Assembly (NCBI GenBank): GCA_026025795.1
Contig: JAPEUG010000018.1
Coordinates: 1 to 64,000, forward strand
Length of the DNA stretch: 64,000 bases
Direction: 5' to 3'
Source of the DNA: Thelocarpon superellum
Lineage: Eukaryota
Below the pieces are notes generated by a model. That model made no database searches. It saw nothing but the letters and a program-made list of their open reading frames with translations, and was not told where the DNA came from. Of this stretch, positions 1-12,169 are shown piece after piece; the stretch's first letter is position 1, and the number at the start of each line of letters is the position of its first letter. Position numbers and translations under genes: made by a program.

Positions 1-230
1 GATCGATCTCGCCTGTTGCTCTCGTCCCTCCCGACGCTGGCCGTGGTCCAGTCGTCGAAGATGTCGTCATCTTCAGATGGATCAAGCGATGGCGAGGCCG
101 GCGGCGTGAGGAAATAAGAGAAGGGATTGTCGTCAATCTTGCTCGCACTCTGCTCGGGCTCGACGAGACGAATCTCCGTCGGTGAGTGCGCGAGATCAGA
201 CTGGGATTTCTGGCGCTTTATGAGTGGCAT
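1..230 (-). CDS. Hypothetical fungal protein, N-terminal part (runs off the left edge)
   Basis: ATG at 230 opens a stop-free frame to the window edge: MPLIKRQKSQSDLAHSPTEIRLVEPEQSASKIDDNPFSYFLTPPASPSLDPSEDDDIFDDW... The DDNPFSYFLTP + acidic segment resembles small uncharacterised Pezizomycotina proteins (from memory). Absent from the ORF track because it has no stop in the window. Confidence 0.45.
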   Translation of the reverse strand, partial: MPLIKRQKSQSDLAHSPTEIRLVEPEQSASKIDDNPFSYFLTPPASPSLDPSEDDDIFDDWTTASVGRDESNRRDR

Positions 231-3200
231 CTAACCCGGTGGAAAGGGCCGGGGCTGTTGCCTGCCGCTCCCGCTCCCGCTTGCGAGGCCCAGAGAGATC
301 GGGGCATCGGCGCCGATGGTCGACTTCCGACGCGAGGTCGGGCGATGGTAGAACCTGGAGGATCAAACACAACGAGAGTGAGAGAATGTGTGTGAGCGAG
401 AGAAATAGAGAGAGGTACGGGGGGAGAGAGAAGAGAGGACAAGGCCAGGTTGACTGGAAGTACTGCGGATGCTTAGCGATGGCTTCATCTTATGTAAAGC
501 CAGGGCAGAGAACGCTACGAATCGACATCGTCATCGATCAGGTAGGTTAGCATGATGACCGGCTTTTGCCTCGTCGTTGCAGTCACAAGGACAGGAGCGG
601 CGGAGGCGGGGGCGCAAGGCGTCGCTGTGCGGCTCGCTCAGAGGGTCGAGCCGGTGGAAGTTGGCGTGTGACTGCTATGAATAGACACGTGTGACTGAAG
701 ATAAACCCCCCCCCCTTATCTCGCTGCCTACCTAGGCAAGGATAGGACATTCCGGCCTGACCGGGTCAGAGACTTTGACTCCGCAAGCCTCGCGAGCAGG
801 AATGAGGGTAAGAGATACGATGTAAGATGGTCAGAGACTGCAGGCTGAGCTCGGAACCCGAGTGCCGTGAGGCCTGGTGGGGCTCGCAGGGCAACCATGA
901 GGCTGGATCGAGTGAAGCCGTGGTGCCATGGTTCATGCATGGGACCTATCGCGCGACCGGGCAAGCTGGTCTGGCGAAAGCTTAACATGGAGCGCAGACG
1001 TCCCCCCGGAGCGACCGACGTCCGTTCGTGCATGACGCAGGCACGTCCACCCTCCGGCCCACGCGGCGTCTCCCCACCATAGGATATCGGCCTCAGCCAC
1101 CAGCCAATGTTCGTCGAGAGTTGGCTCGCCAACATATGTGGCTTGGTCCGTCATCTGCAAAGACGTGACTAACTCGTCTTACGTTGACGGGTCATCACCT
1201 CCGCTCAGCAGACTGGTCTATCATTTACGGCTACGAGTACGACCGCCTATAGCAGCGCGCAGCAAAAGCTCCGACCACCACTTGCTCTCGAAGGTGTACC
1301 GCCCGCTATTTTTCCTCTCTCCCTCCCTCCCTCCCTACCTCGAACCTCCGCTATTGCCCTCGGTGGCTTGTGGATTCTGTGCGGCGTTTGATTATCCTCT
1401 TATCACCTGCTCGCGTCACAGTCTCCGGGATGCTGCGGGAGACTCTAGAGGAGATGCTCTTGTTGGCCATTTGCTCGTATACGTCTATTGGTACGCGAGC
1501 TAATGGTAGTGACTGTTTCCACTGAGCCAGAACCTGACGAAATTAATAGATAAGATACGTAAGCAACCCAATATGCAAAAGTGACCATTTCCAGGAAATT
1601 GCACCAGAGACAGGGATAGCTTTGAGGCCCCCCAACGGCAGCTGAGAAATGTTCATGTCCATCAAAGCCGACACTCCCCGAGCTCAGCAGGCGTGCAGCG
1701 TAGTTCCTTGGTCCTCGATTGCCGTCCTCCATCCGTAAGCATCGGCCCAAAGCGCTAATGCCAGCTGACAGAGAGAACGGTGGCTGAGATAGCGATAGCT
1801 GCAACAGGAACACGAACTGTGGGCAGCCACGCTCCTCCACCACATTTTCACCCTCCATTCGATACTTCTTGTCTTGACCGAGGCGCTCTATTTGGTTTGG
1901 CCAGACCGGACCCGCCAGAACTTGCACGGAGGACAAACGGACGAACATCTAGTCGATCGGCGCGCCACGCAAAGCGCGCCCGGTGGCCAGCCACCGGACG
2001 CGCCGTATGCGGCTCATCCGGCCTCGTTCTCTTCTATGGGATGAGGGAACACTAAGCCGGAGGTTGAATCCTGCTTCAAGCTATCGAGCCGCTCACTATC
2101 GCGGCGGCGAGTCGACCCCCTCGACTCCATCTCAACGAGTGGTGGTTGGGCCACTGGCGTCCACTCCATCGCCAGGCTTCCCATACAATCCCGTCCGTGT
2201 CCCCATGTGCCGTAACCACGACAGCCACCCTGATGCGACTTGCCCAGGATGACATCCCGCCAAACCGAGCCTATCTGAGGCCCCGCACACGGGCTCCGTC
2301 GGCCGTGACAAGGCGGCGGTGACAAAACGGCGGCAGAGAAGGGCGAGTTGGCCGGACTTCCTCGAGGACTTGATTCAACTTGACGACTCAACGCATCGAC
2401 TTTAAGCAGCGAGACGCCACGGCCACCTCGGACGCACCAGGAGATACCCTGAACCACGCCAGAGATTGAGGATCTCCAAGGGCGGCGAAGCATCTCCTTT
2501 TCATCTGAGGTTGTTGCTATCGGTGGCGGCTCGTTGCAAGGTGCGATGGACGTCCGATTCCGAATCATGGCAAGGTGTGTGGTAGTGGACCGCCCCGTGG
2601 CACTGCATTCGGTGTACCAGATGCCATAAGGGGGCCGGATCGCCGTTTGGGGCAACTGTACTGCGTCAGTTGGGACTGGCGTCTCCAAGTCCAGCCATAA
2701 CACTTCGTGATGAAGCGGGTTCCGAGAGCCTAAGTGCAGCGTCCGGAGGCGTAAATACGCCCTGCGAGTGAACCCACAGCTACTCCACCCCTTCGCGATA
2801 CTAAATCTTCCTGAAGACCCGCCACGGCCCCAAGACCACTAGGATTGCTCCGATGGCCATGACATGGAGAAGGGAGAGGATGAGCTCAAGGGGCCCCTCG
2901 GTGTCGCCAGAGATGTGCAGCTTGACTCCGCGAGCCTGAACAATCTGGAGTCGCGGGGCGGGTGAGAAGGACGAGAGAAAGGAGAGAGCATGGGAGACTT
3001 AGCCGTGGAAGTTCCAGGAAAGTGCAACACGGGAATGTCTGGCAGAGATGATATCGCTCCTGAGGATGTGGTTGTATGGTAGGAAGAGAAAATGAAGGAG
3101 AGGCGAAACGAAGAAGTTTCGCTGGGCCGGGACAGGTGCCGAGACCCTACAAATACCCACCGCCGGGACGGGATTCTGGGGCGCCCCTGATTGGTGGCGG

Positions 3201-6200
3201 GAGTGGATCATCGAAGTCCGACGTTCACGTAGTCCCGGATCACTTGCCCAGCAGGTAGCATGTCTTGATGGCCGTGGTCACAATGCATTGCGTGAGCTAA
3301 AGTCTCCGCCCTCGTTTTGTATGAAGGCCTCCATCGACGCCCGTGGTCAAATTTGACGGTTGGCTGGAATGGCAGGGTCCGGAGCACGGTCACGAGGAAC
3401 CGAGTAAAGCTTCTGGGATGCGGAGGACCTGGTAGCACAGTGCTCTCGTGCATGATACGCCAAGCATCCAAACGTTGGTAGGGTGTGATGGCACTTCACC
3501 CGGACCAGGGGCCGGCAGGATCAAGCAACGACGGCCAAGTAATGACGTAAAGCCCGCCTACAAGTCACCTGACCACCTGAGCAGATACCTAGAGCAGGTA
3601 CCGACCTCTTGCGTAAAGCGGCGGACGGAGAAAGCAGAACGCCAGAGAGGAGAGAGAGGCGGACGACCGAGCGGGATAAGGGGACGCTCTCTCGAGCCTT
3701 CTCAAGGGGCTCGTGAGCGACGAGGCCTGCCGGTCAGGTGTAAACGCGTGATATGCAAGCCCAGACGCGCACACGACGGTGGATTGTCAAACCGCTCCGC
3801 CACGGTCCCTCCAGCAACAGAACACCACACAAGCCTCGTCGAACGGCACACCCCTCCCACCCCAGATGCGCTTGGTCGAAGCTCCATGTGAAAACGCGAC
3901 AAGCCTGGCTGGTGGGGGGGAAATGGCTCTCCCAGCACCTGGTCCTGTCAACAGCCAGGGGTGGTAGGCGGGAGTAGGTAGAGGGGGGGCGGTGTAGGTC
4001 CGGTCAAGAAGGAAAGAGGGTGTGTGGACGAGCGACGATTAGGCTCGCGCAGGCGAATCCACGGGGGACCCAGGACTCATCGGCGCCGGGCAAACGAAAC
4101 TTGAGTTTCCTATCACACCGTGACAGGTCGCGGCGGACGAGGATGCTGAAACACATCAACTGGGTAATCAATCTATGAGACAGCCTCAAGGCGCCTGAAC
4201 GACTTGACTTCCTTCCCGATCGGGTCTGCCCGCGTCTCGAGCATCCCTCTGATGGCGGGGCGGGCAGGAAAGTGGCGTTGCGCGGGTTTGGCCCCAGCCA
4301 ATAGGCAGAGGTGAATTTGGGGAGGGAGGTGCCCACAGGAATTGAATTATTAATTAAGTGTGCCTGCCAACGAGCACCCGCCAGCGCCGGGCGAAGGGGG
4401 AGGGGGGGCCGGCGGACACGGTGTGTGGTACGCGTAGGGTAGGTCGCGCGCCCGAACCAGCAAACGACTAAGTCGGTGATGGAGGTGCGCTCGGACTGGA
4501 AGGCACCGACCGCGCGACGGAAATCCTTTGCCATTCCCCTCAGGAAAAGAATCATTAGTGCGGATCGCAGGTGCACGATAGCGTCGGGGGGCACGCCTCG
4601 AGGCGATCACGGGCCTCGAGATGTAGGCGTCGAGCGGAGGCGGACATGAATTTCCACGGCGCGTTAATGTCCCTCGCATTTTCCCATTTAGCCCAATTAG
4701 CCCATTTAGCCATTTACGACACGCTCGTGGCTGCCTAGGTATTTTACTCCCACTAGACGAGCCCTCATACAGGCGGGTGCCTCCGGCTGAATCAGCCACC
4801 AGCCACCTCCGGATAAGAGAGTTCATGATGTCAGGGAGCTTCGCAAGCGAAAGGACCGGCGCCGTCTCTTCCCTCCCCCCATCATCCCACTCCGCGCTCC
4901 CCATATCACGTATCCGGATAGGCATCGATAGCATCTGCATAAGAGCGACGTCGCGCTTGCTTTACCCTACCGTAGGGACCCTCCCCTTATACCCTACACT
5001 AGATAGTAGCACGGGCGCAGCGATTGGAAATCGCCAGGTATCGTGCCGATACACGATCGTGACGAGGTGACAGGAGCGACGTTTAAGTGGGCCGGCCGCC
5101 CTCACACTACGCCAAATCTTCGCTTAGGCGCATATGATCGGCCAGGACCTCAATGTTTGGGTCCGCCGCCCACCCTCCCCCCATCGTGCCCCTCCACCGC
5201 AGGTCCCTCGATCATTGCGTCCTGCCAATCTCAGTGACGGGCAAGCAGCGGCAGCGCTGACCCTGATTGCATTCGGCGCTGATGCGTTTCCGAGCGAGCG
5301 TGATGGTGCAGGCATGTTCGGGCCCCGGCGGCGGTGAAGCCGACTGCACCGCACGCGAAGCCAGCGAGGTGGTTGACGCTGGCACAAGCGCGCCCGCTCG
5401 TCAACACCATTGGTCGCGTGTACACCTGACTTAGCTCGCGCCTCACTCGCGCCGTGGTGATGGCGCGTCGCGAGTGTCCCGGCGGCGCGGGAAGGTGACG
5501 AACGTGGAGCTATGGAGGAGCATGCCCTTGCCCATGTGCGTTGCATCGGGCCAAGAACCGATGACCTCGGTCAAGATCATGATTCCCCGAGGGGCCTTGG
5601 GGTTCCTCGGCGGCAGGGCATCGCGGAGTTGCTCCACTACGGGAGCGTGGCCACGACTAGCGATAGTTGTGGCACTCATGCTCCGTACGCCAGGCTCAGC
5701 AAGAATGGAACATGCATTCCTCCGACCTTCTTCGACCGGTCGTATTCGGAAGGGAATGTACCCCTTTGTTGGGCTAGGCCCAGGCTTGTGCAACGTCAGA
5801 TGGTGGCGCTCCGCTTAAAGCCATGCCACTGGCGATTACGTATCCCCCGCCACGATATCACCCTCCAACATGCTATGGGGTTACATAGGCTTCGCGAAGA
5901 CAATCCCCATCCTTCAGTGCGCCGCCCACCGCCGTCCCACGGACCCGAACGCGAGGCCAAAAATGGCGACGGGATCCAACACACCCGCGAGCAGGCTCGG
6001 GATACATCGAGCCAGCGCAGACGGGGCCCGACGTTGGGTGTGACCTGCGACGGACCGGGTATCCCCTTCCACCAGTAAGAGACGGAGCAAGAGCCGTTGC
6101 TGGCACCAAAGCAATGACGTCCGCGCCGAGGACACCTTCAAACAGAACTGAATGTCAGGACGAGACTCGTCCCTCCCTCACACCCGAGGCGGTCCGAGAC

Positions 6201-6338
6201 TGTGGTGTCGGCCGCGGACGCAAAGCGCGGGTCTCCAAGCGCGGTTGGTCCGAGCAAAGCATGTACACGAACCAGGTCGGTCATGGCATTCCTTTCCATC
6301 ATAACCGCATCCACACCATTCACATCATCCCCACCATT

Positions 6339-6419
6339 CACACCAACACTCACACCCACACTCACACCAACACTCACACTCACACCCACACTCACACCCA
6401 CACTCACACCCACACCCAC
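6339..6419. repeat. Imperfect hexanucleotide microsatellite (ACACTC/ACACCC/ACACCA)n
   Basis: Directly visible CA-rich tandem run; it produces the THTHTH / PTLTPTL / VGVSVG translations in overlapping ORFs. Confidence 0.9.
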
Positions 6420-7051
6420 CTCTCGGTCAAAGCCTCTTGGAGCAGCCACTGCGCGAAATTGTTTTTCCTTGACCGTCCCCGTTGTGCTCGGTAACGCCGG
6501 GTCTGTTGGTCAAGTGCCGAACGCGGCATATCTCCATCCTTCCGAGACACCCACGACAGGGATACGCAGCTATTCCCTCGACCACCATGCGCCCCCCACC
6601 GTCAACGACGTGGTGCACTCGTACTGGTAAGGCTGAAGCCCAACACTCCGATGCACGTCGGCCATCGCATGTGACCCTGGGGAACGGCAGGCGAGACGTC
6701 GGACGTGCATCTCCCTGGTGTGGGTTCACGTCCCCACCACACCGGTATGGGGGATATAAGACGACGAGACATCTGCCCACCATAACCTCCGCGGTCTTGC
6801 GCCGTGATCGTCTTGCCTCGACTCGATTGTGTTGCCGTCCAGCCTCATCCGCCGCCGGCCCGGTACCAGGACATTCCTTGAGCGTGGCCTCTGCGAGCGT
6901 TCCTTCCTATCGTCGCGCCGCCCTTGTCGGATACTGCGTAGGCTGGCCATCTGTTCCACGGCAGCATTCTGTGTGCATAATCCCACGATCCACCGTCGAC
7001 AACATCGCTAACCCAAAGGGAAAAGACCAACTCCAATGGTGTCCACGTCTG

Positions 7052-8084
7052 ATGCGAGGTAGACGACGGCGACGCGGTGTGGCCGGTTCCGAAAACCGCT
7101 CCCGGCCAGCATCTCCATCGCCACGGCGCCTGGCAGTTCGTATCACCTCCCCGGCAGCCCCTCTCCGACGCTCGATGCGGATCTCGAGCCTTTCCGCGGC
7201 CAGCCGAGTGGAGCCGCTGGCGCAATCGCGCATACGGCCCGCGAACCTCAGCCGCCACGCGCGAGAGTCTGCCACCGTGGCCGCGAGGGCTGTCGAAGCC
7301 GAGCGGGAACGCTCGATGCGGCGCCAGCAGGCACGCCGGACCGCCGCTCCAGGGTCACCAGGTGATACCGGTCGGGACCCGGACGACTCGAGCACCGCGG
7401 GCCCTATTCCCCAGGAACGGCCAGAAGACGACCAGCGTGATGAAGCCAACCGAGCCTCGGGCGAGGGGGAGAACGGGTACGAGCTGCGAATGGTCGTGCA
7501 GCCACCGGCCCAGACCCGGCCTGGCATGGCCCTGTATCCTCCCGCCGTGCTCCGGCTTGAGCAGGGTAGTAGCGATCGAGAGGCGGGCGACGACCCAGGT
7601 AGAGTGTGGGCATTCGCATCACTCACGACCGAGGATGGCGGTGAGGTCCTTGCCCCGCCACGGACGGACTTGCTGCGCGGAAGCTTGGTCGACTCGGCAC
7701 ATCTCGTCGGGGACGAGCTCGACCCCGGAGATGCTGAGGCCGCGACCGCGCGGTCTGGTCCGATCACCAGCTACCTGGTCTTTCCTGGCTTGATCATTCA
7801 AGAACCGGGTCGCTATCGCATCCAGATCACCCTGGGCCGGATGGGCGGCGCGGCGCTGCAACGACCGACCTCTTTGCAGGGCGCCATGATCCTGCAGAAT
7901 GTGCAGAGTCGCATCGTCTGTATCGCCGACGATGCTGTTGCGGAGCCATTGAGTGAGTACGAAAGGAAAGCAGGGCGATGATCAGAAGGCTGATGCGCCG
8001 ACAGACGTGCACGAGCGAGACCTACTGGAGAGGCTGCAATCGAGTGACATTGCCATCCCGTCCTCACCGGCGGAGCGCAGTTGA
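7052..8084 (+). CDS. Velvet-domain-like protein (atypical), 2 exons
   Basis: YELRMVVQPP...LYPPAVLRL, LLRGSLVDSAH, YLVFPGLIIQEPGRYRIQITL and ILQNVQSRIVCI parallel velvet-domain blocks. Intron 7953-8004 (GTGAGT...GCTGAT...ACAG) gives the C-terminus NVHERDLLERLQSSDIAIPSSPAERS*. Start uncertain (ATG 7052 chosen; frame is open from 6482). Confidence 0.7.
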
Positions 8085-9215
8085 AATGCTGCAGCGAAGC
8101 ACGGAACGGGTCCACCGGTGGACGAGCGGCGGGAGCTTAGTGGCCGTGGCGGAGTTGCGGTTGGCGTGCAAGCGGGCAGGCGTGCAGGACGAAGGTAAGG
8201 TGGGATGAGTACGAGTACGGAGTTCCGGGGGCCACCCGCGAGGTACGGGATCCTCGGGTCGTTGATGACAACGGCGAATGACAAGTGACCAACCACCACC
8301 GCCGCGGCTCCTCCCTGCGGGGCCGCCCTTCCGCTAGTCCATATAGAGACTAGTCGGCTCACGGCGTCCCCGTTGGCGAAGGCTCCCATGCAGAACCACG
8401 TTGGACACGGCCAGCAACAACCCTGCCGCCTGCTGCGGTGATAGCCAGAAACAGAGAAGGAAAGCGCGCGAGCAAGGGGAGACCCTGACTCAGAGCCAGC
8501 GGTGAGGCCCGGTGAAGCGCAATGAAGCTGCGCGCCCTTGGCGGGACGCGACCGGTCACGGGACGCCGACTCGCTTACGCCTTCGGGGGAAACCCGACCA
8601 TGTACCGGCGAGATGGTCGACGCCCTCACCGGTCCTTGCCAGGGCTAGCCAGTGGGCTGCAGCCGTGCGCATGCACACAACTGCACCGACGGTGGGGGAA
8701 CTCTGGTATGACCACCGGCCGCACGATGAGGCTCTATTATTGCCGGCGCTTGTGACCGGGGTCGGAGAATCCCGGTCGCATGGTTCGGCATGACTCCGCG
8801 TTATGGTGCCAATGAGGGTGCTCAGGGCGCCGGCGACCGCCGCGATACATAAACCTCATGACCGACCATGCAGTTTCAGAGTCTCTGACAGTTTCGTGAG
8901 TGCGGGAACATTGTCCCTGGTCTCGATTCGTCTCGATTCGACTCGCTCGAACACACACAACACGTCGTCGCCGCAACATCGAACGTACATCAAGGCGAGC
9001 CTTGCTCGTCTGTCAATCCCCCGCCGACACACATAGCCTCGTGCACCACCCCACCTTACCTCTCGTCGCTCTCGACTCTCTCGACTAGACCCTCGACCCA
9101 CCTGCCATCCAATTGATCTCGACGCTGTCCTTTGATCATCATATTCGCACGCTCTATCTCTCTTCGGCACATTCACACTCTCTCCCTTCCTTCCCCAGAT
9201 CACCCATCCGCCGCC

Positions 9216-9770
9216 ATGAACCCCTCGTGCCCCACTCCATCTCGTGCCCGGCCGATCCCGCAAAAGCTCGACGCGAGGGCGCCCACTGTCTCCTCGCCCT
9301 CGTCACCGGCATCCCCCTCGCCATACACTCCTTCCTCCACGTTCTCCTCGGACTCGGCGACGATGACGGCCTATGCAACCGATTACTTTGGCGATTCCTT
9401 GCTGTCATCGCCTTCGGATCGCAGCTTCTTCCACCGGATCACCTCTTCCACCTTCCGGCACGGCTTTGATAGCGCTCCGTTCCGGCATGGCAGCGACGGC
9501 CCTCGGACCCGCAGCAAGTCTCCCTCAGCGTCACGTCGACCAAAATCTTGCAGCGTCGTCACCACGACCGAGCAGTCCTTCGTCTCGTCAAACGCCACAT
9601 CACCCGGCAGCCCGTCGACCGGGGTCCCTCCACCCTTCCACACCACGGTGCGGAAAGAGAAGCGGGCCAGTGGCACCTACACCGACTGTGGACGCCATAG
9701 CAACGAGTGGCTCTTTGGTGGTGTGAGCGTGCGCGAAACGGTCAAGGGCCTTTTTGAAGACCGCAAATGA
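9216..9770 (+). CDS. Small Ser/Pro-rich hypothetical protein with C-terminal CGRHSNEWLFGG motif
   Basis: ATG in good context (GCCGCCATG) after a CT-rich leader; 184 aa, low complexity, ending YTDCGRHSNEWLFGGVSVRETVKGLF, a motif type I recall from uncharacterised filamentous-fungal proteins. Confidence 0.7.
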   Translation: MNPSCPTPSRARPIPQKLDARAPTVSSPSSPASPSPYTPSSTFSSDSATMTAYATDYFGDSLLSSPSDRSFFHRITSSTFRHGFDSAPFRHGSDGPRTRSKSPSASRRPKSCSVVTTTEQSFVSSNATSPGSPSTGVPPPFHTTVRKEKRASGTYTDCGRHSNEWLFGGVSVRETVKGLFEDRK

Positions 9771-10143
9771 AAGTCTTGATGACGAAACTAGTGATAGGGC
9801 TCCAGCGGAGGCTCGTCTTGACGGCGGTCGTTTCTTTTTCCTTCTCTCTCCCCTCTTTTCTCTTTTCCCAACCTCCTGTCTTGTGTTGACACAGTTGAAT
9901 CGCGGGACGAGCACGGAGCCCTGGGTGGGTCGTTGGGCATATGGAATCGATGTTCCCGGCGCAAACGTTCCCTTGGTACAGTTTATGATGCTGTTATGAT
10001 CTACGTGAGGATGACGGACGAGCGGGGCGTTCGGAGACACGACATAGAATTTTTTGATGCAGGGAGGTTTTCGTCCTTCACGTGGGGAATAGATGAGGCG
10101 CACTTCTAGCGTAAAGAAAAAAGGCGACGAGGGTCTATTGCAA

Positions 10144-11626
10144 TCATGAAACGTATCTCCTCGGGTGACGAGAGCATTGTCGAGCCATTTCAAACTGCCG
10201 CGTCTCTCATTAGCGTCCGGTGTTACGGCGTGTCAATGCCTCATGCTTACCTGCTCGTCCGTTTGACACACCAGGCTTCGTCGCGCGGCGCCTACGTGAC
10301 CAATGTCTGCTACCACCTCGTCCGCGGGCGCGTCATTGTTATGAGCATCGAGCTCAAAACCAAGGCTTCGGCACTTCGCCATGACCTTGCCCCGCACTAG
10401 GGCGCTCTTCTCGCCAATGCCGCCGGCGAAGACCAAGGCATCGACCTTTCCGTCGAGCTTCACAAAGTACGAGCCGATGAAGCCAACGATGCGATCAACG
10501 AAAATGTCCACGGTCAGGCGGCACGACGCGTCGTCCGACGAGGCGATCTTGCCAAAGTCGGTGGTGCCAGTCAGGGCCTTCCATCCGGACTGTTTATTAA
10601 GAATTTCCTCCGCCTATGATGGTCAGATGGCGCCTGCCCACACGTGTTCTGGACAGGAGCGTGCTGCGACGTACCGTGCTAATGTGCATCTCTTTCGTGC
10701 TGCTCGGACTCAATTTGCCGGCGTCATGCGTGAAATGGAAGACCAAGCTACGACAAAGTCAGTCAGATGGATGAGACGCCTACGACCAAATCTTCGGCGC
10801 CTGCCGTACCTCGGGTCCACATCACCGCTCCTCGTGGCGCCTGGTAGGCCAGCCAAGGGCGTCAAGCCCATGGACGTGTCAAGCGACTTGCCCTGACGAA
10901 TGGCACAGGCCGACGCACCACTTCCCAAGTGCAAGGCAATGATGCTAGTGTCTTCTTCCTTTTGGCCCAGAAAGTGGGCAGCGGATCGGAGGATGAAGGC
11001 ATAGCTGATGCCGTGGAAGCCATACTTCCTCAACTTATTCTTCTGAGCTGTGGCAGGATCGATGGCATAGGTGCGCACGTAGTCCGGGATGGTCTGGTGA
11101 AAAGCGGAGTCAAAGAAGGCCAGGTTTCGGGTGGACGGTAGCTCTTGCATGCAGCTGCGAATAATAGCCAGCGCTGATGCATTGTGTCTGCCCCGCCCTT
11201 CAGTATGCCGCTCCACCGGGAGGGCCAGGAGACTCACAGAGGAGCCAGGTCCGTCAACTCCTCCAGGTGGTGGTACGTGTCTGAGTCAATCACCTGGGCG
11301 TCGGCGTAGTCCCCGCCGTGTACGATTCGATGGCAGGCTACGGTGATGTCCCTACGTGTGCCGATGTCGTCAAGACCTTCATCCTCCACCAAGCGGTCAA
11401 GCAGGAATCGGAAGGCCTCATCTTGGGAGGTGATGCGAGTTTCCAGCTTCTGTCCTTTGATCCGACGCGAGCCTCGCATGTATGAAAAGGTCGAGGGCGG
11501 TGCGGTCAAGCCAGCTACCTGGGTCTCGGCCAACTGCGTCGGGTCCTGGCCATGGTCGTGGGTCTTGTATACGGAGATCTTGACAGACGAGGACCCCGCG
11601 TTAATGGACAAAATGACCTGCGCCAT
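10144..11626 (-). CDS. ackA: Acetate kinase, 5 exons
   Basis: Motifs ILSINAGSSSVK, HRIVHGG, LAPLHN, FDSAFHQT, RKYGFHGISY, LHLGSGAS, TSMGLTPLAGL, TRSGDVDP, VFAGGIGE, TDEQFEMAR. Introns 11188-11237, 10748-10809, 10614-10674 and 10195-10250 all restore frame. Confidence 0.97.
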
Positions 11627-12169
11627 GGCGGACCGATGGCCTGACGTCTCGCAACGGTCACAGACCTCGGCCTGCTTTTATCCTGTTCCTGCTGTTACCA
11701 GCAGGTCACGCCACTCTCCGGGAAATGAAATATTCGCTCAATCCAGCCACACGCGGGGCACGGGGCCTCGGGCGGTGATAGAGGAAGCGACAGTCACAGG
11801 GATGACTTAGCAACTTCGCCAAGTCTGCTTGCGGCACCCGGCAGCTCCGTAATCCCCCTCACTCCATTCACTGGCTCTCACGGGCCAAGCGGATAGCCCC
11901 GCAATGGCACGCCTCGATGAGGACGAGTACGAGGACCCTCCCTCATCCCCGGTAGTCCAATGCTGCATCACTATCACCCCACTCGCCGTGGCCTCCCCAT
12001 CTCCTGCTCGTTCCACCTCGAGGCGGAAGCTCGTCCCTATTCATTGTACAAGCCTTCATCTGCCTATCCGTGGTCCAAGCATTGAACAAGGACTCACGAA
12101 GCTCTGCGAGACCTTCGATCATCTGCTTCGACCACCATCACCCTACCACGTCTCGACCCGCCAATCAAG
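11627..12169. promoter_or_regulatory. 543-bp bidirectional promoter region of ackA/phosphoketolase with two SYGGRG (CreA-type) matches
   Basis: Divergent ATGs at 11626 and 12170; GCGGGG at 11753-11758 and CCCCGC at 11897-11902. Short motifs in GC-rich DNA, so function is inferred only. Confidence 0.5.

Noticed and set aside
2014..2965. 229-aa minus-strand ORF and a plus-strand DMEKGE-like fragment
   Set aside because: No recognisable domain or consistent exon chain; stops interrupt the plus-strand frames.
6339..6419. CA-rich run resembling yeast C1-3A telomeric DNA or a Pro/Thr linker ORF
   Set aside because: Filamentous ascomycete telomeres are typically TTAGGG-based; the run is short, internal and best explained as a microsatellite, and overlapping ORFs have no other support.
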